Made by a program: the position numbers and the translations under genes. A stretch of 64,000 bases of DNA from positions 134,044,001 to 134,108,000 of the forward strand of contig NC_135805.1 in the NCBI RefSeq assembly GCF_964213995.1, read 5' to 3'. This document shows positions 23,664 through 35,010 of the stretch, in pieces. How positions within the stretch are numbered: position 1 is the stretch's first letter; the number at the start of each line of letters is the position of its first letter. The notes under the pieces were generated by a model. That model did not search any database. It was not told where the DNA came from and saw only the letters and a program-made list of their open reading frames with translations. Origin of the DNA: Mustelus asterias. Lineage: Eukaryota.

Positions 23664-24706
23664 CAGAGGGTGGTGGTCGATGGAAAATTTTCGGATTGGA
23701 GGCAGGTTGCTAGCGGTGTGCCGCAGGGATCAGTGCTTGGTCCTCTGCTCTTTGTGATTTTTATTAATGACTTAGAGGAGGGGGCTGAAGGGTGGATCAG
23801 TAAATTTGCTGATGACACCAAGATTGGTGGAGTAGTGGATGAGGTGGAGGGCTGTTGTAGGCTGCAAAGAGACATAGATAGGATGCAAAGCTGGGCTGAA
23901 AAATGGCAAATGGAGTTTAACCCTGATAAATGTGAGGTGATTCATTTTGGTAGGACTAATTTAAATGTGGATTACAGGGTCAAAGGTAGGGTTCTGAAGA
24001 CTGTGGAGGAACAGAGAGATCTTGGGGTCCATATCCACAGATCTCTAAAGGTTGCCACTCAAGTGGATAGAGCTGTGAAGAAGGCCTATAGTGTGTTAGC
24101 TTTTATTAACAGGGGGTTGGAGTTTAAGAGCCGTGGGGTTATGCTGCAACTGTACAGGACCTTGGTGAGACCACATTTGGAATATTGTGTGCAGTTCTGG
24201 TCACCTCACTATAAGAAGGATGTGGAAGCGCTGGAAAGAGTGCAGAGGAGATTTACCAGGATGCTGCCTGGTTTGGAGGGTAGGTCATATGAGGAAAGGT
24301 TGAGGGAGCTAGGGCTGTTCTCTCTGGAGCGGAGGAGGCTGAGGGGAGACTTAATAGAGGTGTATAAAATGATGAAGGGGATAGATAGAGTGAACGTTCA
24401 AAGACTATTTCCTCGGGTGGATGGAGCTATTACAAGGGGGCATAACTATAGGGTTCATGGTGGGAGATACAGGACGGATATCAGAGGTAGGTTCTTTACG
24501 CAGAGAGTGGTTGGGGTGTGGAATGGACTGCCTGCAGTGATAGTGGAGTCAGACACTTTAGAAACATTTAAGCGGTTATTGGATAGGCACATGGAGCACA
24601 CCAGGATGATAGGGAGTGGGATAGCTTGATCTTGGTTTCAGATAAAGCTCGGCACAACATCGTGGGCCGAAGGGCCTGTTCTGTGCTGTACTGTTCTATG
24701 TTCTAT
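23664..24706 (+). mobile_element. Young CR1 (HER1-like) LINE, 5'-truncated, open RT C-terminal ORF
   Basis: ORF 23670-24629 (319 aa) with GVPQGSVLGPLLF and KFADDTK motifs; (ttctatg)n-type tail. Confidence 0.95.
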
Positions 24707-24930
24707 TACCCACAGCAATTTAACAAGTGAAATCTGCCAGCACGAACAGAGAACAAAGTATACTTCCTCTGTTCAAGGCAGGTAATATAATAAACAATGA
24801 TCATTTGCATCAATCCAAACACCTAAGTCAACCTTGACAAACTAGATTCTGTAATATTAATCTTACAAAGCATGAGTGTTCAAAAATCAGCCTACTTCAG
24901 TCTCTTTTTGAACAATTACTATTTACATAC

Positions 24931-25087
24931 TTGATTTTTTGGATCTTTGAGGTTAAACATCAAGCTTCTGTATTTGCTTTTGTACTTAGTATCTGTGTCC
25001 CCGTAAAAAGAAAACAGCTTTCTTTCAATCTTGGCTGCAACCTTTGTTGCTCGTTCCTCTGGCACTTTCAAATCTGATTCCGAGCGC
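24931..25087 (-). CDS. PHF3: PHF3 exon (TFIIS-central-like): (R)RSESDLKVPEERATKVAAKIERKLFSFYGDTDTKYKSKYRSLMFNLKDPKNQ
   Basis: gttcag acceptor, gtatgt donor, 157 bp, phase 2/0; KYRSLMFNLKDPKN motif. Confidence 0.96.
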
Positions 25088-25169
25088 CTGAACAAAAATG
25101 AAACGCGTTTCATTGTTGATACAGTAATAATTAAACTTAGCAATCAGCAGTACTATTTCTTATGATATT

Positions 25170-26420
25170 AATGCGTAGAATCACAGACTGAAACAGCACA
25201 GAAGACCATTCAGTCCATTATATCTGTGAAATAACTATCCAATTTACTTCCTCCTGCATTTTCCATCTAGCCCTCTCCTTTTCTCCCCTTCAATTTTTCT
25301 TATGAAAGTTATTACTGAATCTGTGTCCACCACACTTTCAGGCAGCACAATCCAGATTACTTTTACACATTTTTTCCACTAATGTTGCCTTTGGTACTTT
25401 TGCCAAACACTTTAAATCTGGTTACTGACACTTCTACCATTGGAAACGTTTATCCTTATTTTACTGTATCAAAACACTTCATGATTTTGAACGCCTCTCC
25501 ATCAAATTTCCCTTTAATTGTCCTTATTCTAGGCAGAACAACTTCAGTTTCTTTGGTCTCTCGAAGTAACTGAAAACTTACATCCCTGGTACCATTCTAG
25601 TCAACTCCCGCTGTGTTAACTGTATAATAATTCAGTGTTTAATTATGTTCAGGTGGTGGGCATAAACTGGAGATTCATTTGCGAACCCATATATAGAAGT
25701 AGTGATTAGAAGGTGTCCGTAATGTGTGTTTCCGTAAATTAAAGTTTATGAAGTGCGCAAAGATTAAATTCTAGTTCTAACCTTCATTGCCTGTCTTTTT
25801 GGAATGAAAAAGGCCTTTCTGCAGGTCTTGCCATAATTCCTAGGTGTGGTGCTCAGAATTGGACACGATACTCCAGCTGAGGCCTAATCACTGTTTTCTA
25901 AACAATTAGCATCATTTTCATTCTTTTGGTTCTCTATACCTCTATTCCTTAAGCCAAAAATCCCAAATACCATTTTAAAACACCTTCTTAACTTCCTAAG
26001 GATTTGTCTTTGTTCCTGCACCCCATTAAAAAAATTATTGCCCCACTTATTGCCTCTCCTCATTCTTTCAACCACACCTCTCTGTGTGAACTTTCATTGT
26101 TGTGTGTCTGCCCATTTCTCTTGAAGTCCGTGACTGTCCTCCCCAGTATTTCTGGGTTTCATGTCATCTGCAAACCTTGAAATTATGCACCCACATATCC
26201 AAATCTAGCTCACTTACATCAAAAAGAGCAGTAGTCCTGTTACAAACCTCTGGGGAATACCTATGCCTTGCTTCCCTCCAGTCTGAAAAGTAATTGTTCA
26301 CCACGGTGCTCTTGCCTCTATTCCTTTGCCAATTTTATATATCCATGCAACCTCTAAACCATGAGCTTCAACTTTGCTAACAGGTCTATTATGTGGTATT
26401 TTATCAAATCCCTTATTGAA
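25170..26420 (-). mobile_element. Degenerate CR1 LINE fragments, with an unrelated insert of about 190 bp near 25615-25810
   Basis: Decayed CR1 motifs (gtcatctgcaaac = reverse of FADD; ctccagctgaggcctaa). Confidence 0.55.
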
Positions 26421-26983
26421 ATACTAAACATTCTCATTGGGGCCGGCAGTCATTGGGAGGACATCAGGTATGCCAATGGTCAGGAGGATGTCAGAACTAT
26501 GATTATCTGTGCCCAACTATCTCTCAAGCTATAATGAGCAGTGTCTTGACAATTTGATATTTCATAATTTATTTATTTTTCTGTATTGATCTGGTACATA
26601 GGATTTCCCTCCTTCTGTGCTCGCTAGCCTGCAATTTTTTCCCCAGACAAGAACAAAAGCAGAAAACACAATCTATTGCTACTGTTGCTGTACATAGACT
26701 GATTAATCTTAAAATGGTATTTGGCATTGATCTTCAAAGGTTAGGCTAGGAATCTTTACAATTTATGGTGACTTGCAAAATATAGCAAATAATAATGTAA
26801 CTGATAGTAAAAAGGATGAAAGCTGACCACTGAACTCAACAACTGCACTTTTGACAGATAATTTAGTTACTTTCTGAACCTGTTTTTCTTTGGATTCATT
26901 GTTGATTACATAGAGAAAAATAACAAAGATAATCTGAACCTGTTTTAATAGCTTTTAAAAAAATGTCCGCCAAACTTAACTAC

Positions 26984-27134
26984 CTTTTTGCTAAAATGTC
27001 CATCAGAGAATGCCGGACGTTCTGTCTGATTTGCTCAACAGTAGGCTGAGGTGCAGAAGGGCTGGTTGGAGGTGGTGTGCTGTTTGTTCCTCCTTTATCT
27101 GATTTCTTCTTCACAGCTTGTTTGTCCTTTAAAT
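26984..27134 (-). CDS. PHF3: PHF3 exon: (D)LKDKQAVKKKSDKGGTNSTPPPTSPSAPQPTVEQIRQNVRHSLMDILAK(R)
   Basis: tttcag acceptor, gtagtt donor, 151 bp, phase 1/2; QIRQxVRHSLxDIL marks the start of the TFIIS-like domain. Confidence 0.95.
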
Positions 27135-27564
27135 CTGAAATAAGTACAAAAAATACATAATCTGCATTTATCTCAATTCTGCAGAACTTTCCCAGCACAC
27201 AGTCATTTTTTTTTAAGCCACAGAAAAGCTATGGGTTCACATTTATGTTCTCCCAGGCTGTGATTTTCCCCGAACTTTACCAGCACTCTTTAAAGAAAGG
27301 TCAGATGCTTCCCATGCCAGGGCAAGTAAAACAAGAAGACAATTAAGCCAGCGAAGCCCTCATGACGTAGACATATTAACACACAAATAGCACCAGCACT
27401 TTACTCTCCCACGCCCTACTGTGCTCAATTATACTCCCATTTTTATTAACTCAATATCACTTCAACTCTCATCAAAATTTAGCAACAAAAATCTTATTTA
27501 ATTCAATGGTTTCATTCTTTTCGTTATACAATATTTTGTACAAGGAAATGGAAATTCAGATTGT

Positions 27565-27860
27565 TTAAGTTTATTGATTAGTGTCACAAGTAGGCTTACA
27601 TTAACACTGCAATGAAGTTACTGTGAAAATTCCCTAGTCGCCACACTCCAGTTCCCATTCAGGTACACTGAGGGAGAATTTAGCACGGCCAATGCACCTA
27701 ACCAGCATGTCTTTCGGACTGTGGGAGGAAACCAGAGCATCTGGACAAAACCCACAGACAGGGGGAGAATGTGCAGACTCCGCACAGACAGTGGCCCAAG
27801 CCGGGAATCAAATCCAGGTCCCTGGCACTGTGAGGCAGCAGTGTGCCACTGTGCCACCCA
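27565..27860 (-). mobile_element. V-SINE, alternative-tail subfamily
   Basis: Same structure as 2555-2860. Confidence 0.85.
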
Positions 27861-28699
27861 TCTTAATCTTTTATAGTATGTTGATGCTATAAAAGCATTC
27901 AGTGACTAGTGACCAGGTTTTTTTAAATTATACTTTTGTCTATATAACATTCTTGAAAATTTATTTTATTTTCAACATGGGTGCCAATTCTACTAGAACT
28001 TCCATTACTGCTTCATCTCAAACTCTATTTCTACACCAGAATATAGCATATTTCTAATAGATATTTATTTCTGCCAGTACGTGCCACTGCTGTGCAGCAT
28101 TAAAGAGTTTCTTTCTACTCATTTTGTTGTTTTGCTGCCCCTGAATGTCTACCCCTTTAGTATCATCTTGCAAACCTGAACAGATTATATTTGATTTCTG
28201 CTTCTACATCATTAAAGATTAGAAACAAGGAGCACCCGGCACAAAATCCTGGGGCACTCAGTTTTGCCCCTCACTCTGTTGTTTTTTTCCCAAGCCCAGC
28301 TAGGGTAGTTTTAACCATCTATCTTCAGAGCCCCACAGTTTCACACCTTGGGAGCGTCGTAGTCAGCACACCTCCAAACCACCTCCAAGCAGACAGTCAA
28401 CCGGCTCTAGTTAACTGGTATTTGGGTGGAAAAATTGAATTCATGCCTCCACTTCGACGAGCAACAGTACCACCCAGGGTTCCATCCTTTTTGAAGTAGG
28501 CGTGTTGCCAACTGCACAAGGCATTTCAGCATTTCACAATCCACAATGACCATAAACATTAGTGGGCCGTAAGACTATGGCTTATTCAACTATTATCCCA
28601 TCACCACACTTCAACTTTCCAACCCATCCATATTAACAGAGACACAGCCCCGTGGTTTGGGGGAACTTAAGCTCCTCTTTCATTTGGGATGACTGGAAG

Positions 28700-29668
28700 T
28701 CAAAAGTAGGCCATTTGGCCCATCATGCCCGTGCTGGCTCACTGAAGGTGCCATTCCCCTACCTACTCACTGAGCCCTTGCACTTTCTTCCTTTTCAGAT
28801 AATTCAATTCTCCCTTGAATGCCATCACACTCTCAGAGAGTGCATTCCAGATCCTAATCACTGACTGTGTGAAAAAGTTTCTCTGCATGTCTCCATTGCT
28901 TCTTTTGCCAATTACCTAAAATCTGTGCCCTCTTGTTCTCCACGTATGGGAACAATTTCTCCCTATTCACTCTGCTCTGAGACCTCATGATTTTGAACAC
29001 CTCGATCAAATCTCTCTTCAACCTTGTCTTCAAGGAAAACCGTTTCAACTTCTCCAATTTATTCATTTGCTATGTAGTTCCTTATCCCGGAACAATTTTT
29101 CATGAATCTTTTCTGCACTCTCTCCAATGCGTTCACATCCTTCCTAAAGTGTGGTACCCAGAATTGAACACAATACTCCAAATAAGGTCAAACCAGAGTT
29201 TAATTAAGGTAAACCATAACTTCCTTGCTGTTGTACTGTACACCCATATTGATAAAATCAGGATCACATATGCTTTATTAACCGTGCTCTCAACCTGTCC
29301 TGCCACCTTCAATAATTTGTACGTCCAGCTCCCTCTGCTCCTGCACCTCCTTTTGAATTGCACCCTTTATTTTATATTGTCTCTCCATGTTCTTCTTACC
29401 AAAATTAATCACTTCACGCTTCTCTGCATTAAATTTAATCTGCCAATTCCAATAATTTATGTCCTTTTGAAGTTCTAAACTATCCTCCTCACAGTTCACA
29501 ATATTTTCAAGTTTTGTAACATCTGCAAATTTTAAAATTATACACCAAGGTGTAGGTCATTAGTATATGTCAGTAAGAGCAAGGATCCTAACACCGATCC
29601 GAGGAACTCCACTATAGACCTAAACAACTGTTATTCACTACACTGATTCCTGACGCTCAGCCAATTTC
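28700..29668 (-). mobile_element. CR1 LINE fragment (continues briefly after 30678)
   Basis: Frameshifted RT C-terminal peptides (LKRDLIEVFKIM; WQIKFNAEKREVINFGKKN). Confidence 0.85.
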
Positions 29669-29679
29669 ATATCTATGGA

Positions 29680-30667
29680 ACAAAAGCAGAAAATGCTGGA
29701 AAATCTCAGCAGGTCTGACAGAATCTGTGGGGAGAGAATGGAGTCAATGTTTTGAGTCTAGATGACCCTTCGTCAGAGCTGAGAGAATCAGCCGAGATTT
29801 ATAATACTATGAGGGTGGGAGAGGGAGGGGGAGGGGGGTTTGGAATGGGACAAAGGGAATGTAAATGAGGATACAGAATTCTGGGAAGGTGCTAAAAGTG
29901 TCCCCTGGAATGAAGAAGTGGAAAAATGGAAATGAGAAAGAAGGATGATAAAATGGATGAATGAGATAAAACGAAATGAAGTAAAATAAATGGAAATGGG
30001 GTGAGGGGAGATTTGATCTTTTGAAGTTGTTGAATTCAATGTTCAGTCCAGAAGGCTGTAAAGTGCGCAATCGGAAGATGAGGTGCTGCTCCTCCAGTTT
30101 GCTTTGGGGTTCACTGGAATATTGCAAAAGGCCAAGGATGGACATGCGGACAGGAGAGCAGGGTGGTGCTCTCCTGTCCACATGCCCATCCTTGGCCTTA
30201 TTTCACCTGAAAGGGTGTTTAGGATCTGGGAAGGTGTGCAGGGAGGAAGTAAGAGGGGCAGATGTTGCACTTTCTACTATTGCATGGGAACGTGCCGTGG
30301 GGCAGGGGGTGAAGTGTTGGGTGTGATGGAGGAATGGACCAGCATGTCCCAGAGATAATGGTCCCTGCTGAATGCTGATGGTGGGGGCGGCGGGAGGTGG
30401 GGAGGGAGGAAGATGTGTTGAGTAGTGCCCCTCCTCTCCCCTTTCTCCCTTTCAGGGAACTGCCATAATCCCCAGGCAGTCTCTTAACTACCCCTCATAG
30501 TAGAAATTTCTGCTGATTCTCTCTGCTCTCAGCTCTGACAAAGGGTCATCTGGACTCGAAACGTTGGCTCCATTCTCTCCCCACAGATGTTGTCAGACCT
30601 GCTGAGACTTTCCAGCATTTTCTGTTGTTTCAGATTCCAGCATTCGGAGGATTTTGCTTTTATCTCT
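29680..30667. mobile_element. Penelope-like element (family 2) with inverted terminal repeats and GIY-YIG C-terminal remnant
   Basis: TSD atatctatgga at 29669-29679 and 30668-30678; minus-strand peptide SILGLLQ...KLEEQHLIFRLRTLQPSGLNIEFNNF; hammerhead-like cores in both arms. Confidence 0.88.
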
Positions 30668-31320
30668 ATATCTATGGAGTTTCCACTGTTCCTCTTATTC
30701 CATGAGCTACAACTCTGTTGTTATCTGGCAAATACATCAAATGCAGTTTGAAAGATATCGCCAGTCTCGGAATTATCATGTGCTGAATCCATTTTATCGG
30801 AAAGTTAAATGTCATTGACAATTTCAACTCAACATCTTTGCAATAAAATTTTATTTGAATTTAAAGAAATTAGTGTGTGCCCAGAAGTGGCATTCCAGAT
30901 GCCACCTCTGAAGGTGGAAGGGGTGTTTATTCAGTGAAACGCTACGCCACAATTCATGCTCCCACATCCCTGCCGCTTTGAACAAGTGACACGTTCTCCA
31001 GCTCTGGTACAGGATCTTCCAGTTCTATTGGCTTTTCTGCCAGCTTCAGCAGTGGCAAACTAGCACAGAGTGCAGCACATGACCACAAGGGGTACGTCGT
31101 GGATTTAGTCAATCGCTCCGACCAATCTGTATTTAGATGGTGGTGGGGTGAAATTTTTCAAATATTTAAAATGGTGAAAGGATTTGATTGAGTGGACAGA
31201 GCAAAACTATTTCCTCCAGTAGGGATGTCCAGAACACAGGGGCACAATCTTGAAATTAGAACTAGGCCATCCAGGACTGATGTCAGGAAGCACATATTCC
31301 ACAAAACAAGATATGGAAAT

Positions 31321-32990
31321 CTGGAACAAAAACAGAAAATGCTGGAAAATGTCAGCAGATCTGACAGCATCTGTGGAGAGAGAACAGAGTTAACGTTAAG
31401 TCTGGACGATTCTTCACCCCACTCTCCCAGTTTCTCCATCTCTGTTGCATTGATTCCGATGATGTCACCTATGAAAGACATTTAACCAAGGTTGTTCCCC
31501 CATCTGCGGTTGACACTTTCCACCTCAATCAACAGCCTCTCCATTCAAAGGTGATCCACCACCAATTTCTGCTAACTCCAGCATGACGCCACCATGAAAC
31601 ACATCTTCCCTTCAACATCAGCCCCCCACCTCATCAGCGTCCACACAGACCGCTCCTTCGGTGACACCGTGGTCCACTCCATCCCGCCCAACTCCTCATC
31701 CCCTTTCCTTGCAATTGCAAAAGATGCAACACCTGCCCTTTTACCTCATCTCTCCTCAATGTCCAAGACCCAAGCATTCCTTTCAGTTGAAGCAACATTT
31801 CACTTGTACCTCCTTCAGTTTGGTTTACTGTATTCTCCGTTTCTAATGCGGTCTCCTCTACATTGAGGAGCGAAACGGAGACTGGCAGTGGCTTTGTGGA
31901 ACACCTTTTCTCAGCTCGCAAGCATGACCCCAACCTTCATGTTGCTTGCCGTTTCAACTCAGTATCTTGCTCTGATACCTACATCTCCATTCTTGGCCTG
32001 CGCAATGCTCCAGTGAAGCCCAATGCAAAATGGAAGGGCAGCATCTCATTTTCCTTTCAGTCATATTGCAGCCCTCAGGACTCAACACTGAGTTCAACAA
32101 CTTTAGACTGCAACTTTTCTCCTTCATCTTAACCTTTTTAATATTTCTCCAAATATTTTGTCCCAATGCAAAAACCCTCCCTTCCCCACTGGGCCACCTG
32201 TGACTTGCGCTTAAATGTTGCTACATCTTTGTTGCAGTCTCTCCTAGCTGCCATTAATCACTGACCTACTACTCTGCTCCACTCCCTCTATACACGATAT
32301 AATCCAACATATTTCTTCCTCTCTTCAGCTCTGATAAGGTGGCACGGTGGCAAGCATTGCTGCCCTACAGCTTCAGGAACCCAGGTTCGATTCCCGACTT
32401 GGGTTACTGTCTGTGCGGAGTCTGCACGTTCTGCCCATGTCTGCGTGTGTTTCTTCCAGGTGCTCCGGTTTCCTCCCACAGTCTGAAAGACGCACTGGTT
32501 AGGTGTATTGGCTATGCTAAATTCTCTCAGTGTACCCGAACAGGCGCCGGAGTGTGGCGACTGGGGGATTTTCACAGTAACTTCATTACAGTGTTAATGT
32601 AAGCTTACTTGTGACACTAGTAAATAAATTGCCATTGTCAATTCGAGCCTTGGGTGACTGCCGTGGAGTTTGCATGTTCTCCTTGTGTCTGTATGGATTT
32701 CCTCCGGGTGCTCTGGTTTCTTCCCACAATCCAAAGATGTGTAGGTTCAGTGGATTGGCTATGCTAAATTGCCCCTTAGTGTACCAAGATGGGTAGGTTG
32801 GGGTGTTAGTGGGGTAAATATATGGGATGCTCTGCTGCAAAGTCGGTGCAGACTCAATGGGGCAAATGGCCTTCTTCTGGACTGTAGGGATTCTATGATT
32901 GAATAAGAGTCATATGGACTCAAAATGTTAACTGTTTCTCTCCCTTCAGCTGCTGCCAGACCTGCTCAGTTTTCTGTTCTTGTTTCAGAT
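31321..32990 (+). mobile_element. Penelope-like element (family 2), decayed, with two SINEs inserted in its 3' terminal repeat
   Basis: Inverted arm 31321-31415; GIY-YIG remnants (FQLKQHFTCTSFSLVYCI); terminal repeat split between ctctgataag (about 32338) and agtcatatggactc (about 32907). Confidence 0.75.
32338..32900 (+). mobile_element. Two tandem V-SINEs (alternative-tail copy 32338-32630; CR1-tail copy 32635-32900)
   Basis: Two V-cores with the two different tails. Confidence 0.85.
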
Positions 32991-33309
32991 GTTTGTTACT
33001 ATTAGACATGTTGCCATAATCTTCCCTGGTGAGTGCTTCAAAAAAATAATTAATTTAGTATATGGAATGTTCACCCTCAGTCTAATTTCCATTAGCTCAC
33101 CTAAAATCAAAGACTAAGTGGGTAATATATACTTGTGTTAATGTGGAGGAGTTAATCATTTATTGATTATGTGATGGCAAGTTTGAGTGTTAAAGGCCTA
33201 ATTTAAAAAGATGAGAAATAAGGAGCAAAAGTAAAAATCAAAGAAGAATAATTGTAAGAAAGTAAAAAGAGATAGTTTGAAAAAAAAACAAATAAAAGCT
33301 TGACAATTT

Positions 33310-33650
33310 GGGCGGCACGGTAGAACAGTGGTTAGCACTGCTGCTTCACAGCTCCAGGGACCTGGGTTCGATTCCCGGCTTGAGTCACTGTCTGTGTGGA
33401 GTTTGCACATTCTCCTCATGTCTGCGTGGGTTTCCTCCAGGTGCTCCGGTTTCCTCCCACAGTCCAAAGATGTGCAGGTTAGGTTGATTGGCTATGCTAA
33501 AATTGCCCTTTAGTGTCCTGAGATGCGTAAGTTAGAGGGATTAGCGGGTAAAATATGTAGGGATATGGGGGTAGGGCCTGGGTGGGATTGTGGTCGGTGC
33601 AGACTCGATGGGCCAAATGGCCTTTTTCTGCACTGTAGGGTTTCTATGAT
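33310..33650 (+). mobile_element. Full-length HE1-like V-SINE
   Basis: gggcggcacggtag head with A/B boxes (gggttcgattcc), V-core, tail ...ctgcactgtagggtttctatgatt. Confidence 0.92.
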
Positions 33651-33679
33651 TTGTTCTGGACTTAGCAATATCAACAAGC

Positions 33680-34100
33680 GTTTTTTTAAAATTCATGGCC
33701 TGAGTGTGTCAACAGCCAGACAAGCATTTATTGTCCATTCTCAAATACCCTTGAGAAGATGGTGCTGAGCCATCTTTTTGAATACAACGGAGTGACTTGT
33801 TAAGTCATTTTAGAGGCCAGTTAAAAATCAGATATATTGCTGTGGGTTTAGAATCATATGTAGGTGATACAGGGTAAGGATGTCAGATCTCCCCGAAAGG
33901 GGATGAGTGAACCAGAAGAGTTTTATAATCTGGTAGTTTCAAGGTCACCATTATTGATACTAGCTTTTAATTCCTGATTTATTTAATAACTGAATTTAAA
34001 TTCCTCAGCTGCCATGACACAATCTGAAATTGCGTCACAGGCCATTATTCCCAGATTCTGGATTACTAATCCCATAATTTAACCACTATGACCATACTCT
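33680..34100 (-). mobile_element. tRNA-derived SINE (family B), old copy
   Basis: Decayed similarity to 13350-13740. Confidence 0.6.
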
Positions 34101-34289
34101 CAGATTGTTACAATCCAGAAATAATGGTACTACGATAATCAATTTGAGCCGAAGGGCCTGTTTTCATGCTGTAAACCTCTATGACTCTATAGAAAATGCA
34201 AAATAAATTCAAATTTAAAATATGTTGTTTGTTTGAAGCTATTCTTTTTAATAATAAAAAGGCTCATATATCCGGCAACAGTTGAAATC

Positions 34290-35010
34290 CAGATTCTTTC
34301 ATAGGATGCGAGTATCACTGACTAGGCCAGCAGTTTTATTGCCCATCCATAATTGTCTAGAGAAGATGATGGCGAACATCCTTCTTGAACCACTGCAGTC
34401 CAGTTGGTGTGGGTGCATCCACAGTGCTGTTAGGGAGTTCCAGGATTTGGTTGCAGTGGAAGAACAGGTATATTTCCCAGTCAAGATGGCAAGTCATTTG
34501 GAGGGCAACTTCCAGGCAATGGAATTCCCATGTGGCTACTGCCCTTATCTTTCTAGCCCGCAGTGGTCATGGGTGTGGAAGGTATTGCTTATGGAGTCTT
34601 GGCGAGTTGCAGCAATGCATCTTGTAGATGGTACACATGGCTGCTACTGTGCATCAGGAGTGGAGAGAGTGAATGTGTGGGGACCGGATACCAATCAAAC
34701 AAGCTGCTTTGTCCTGGATGGTGTTGAGCTCCTTGAGTGTTATTGGAGCTGCACTCAGCCTGTAAGTAGGGAGTATTCCATCACACTTTTGACTTGTGCC
34801 TTGTAGATGGTGGATAGACTTTGGGGAGGTCGGAGGTGAGTTTCTGGCTGCACACTTCCCAGCCTCTGACTTGCTCTTGTAGCCACATTATTAATAAGAC
34901 TGATCCAATTCAGTTTTTGGTCAATGGAGACCCTCCCAAATGTTGATAGTGGGGGATTCAGCAATGGTAATGCCATTGAATGTCATGGGGAGATGGTTGG
35001 ATTCCCTCTG
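34290..35010 (-). mobile_element. CR1/L2-group LINE 3' fragment sharing its tail with SINE family B
   Basis: Peptide IDQKLNWISLINNVATRASQRLG...LSTIYKAQVKSVMEYS; tail gatgggcaataaaactgctggcctag. Confidence 0.8.

Noticed and set aside
25615-25810. Possible short solo LTR inside a CR1
   Set aside because: TG start, TATA-like and poly-A-like motifs are suggestive, but I found no clear CA end or TSD
33310-33385. tRNA genes at SINE heads
   Set aside because: A/B boxes are present but continue into SINE cores and tails; no complete cloverleaf
34282-34806. 174-aa ORF and similar long ORFs (28987-29478, 21691-22143, 35070-35564)
   Set aside because: Antisense or off-frame readings of decayed repeats, or no recognisable domain or exon structure
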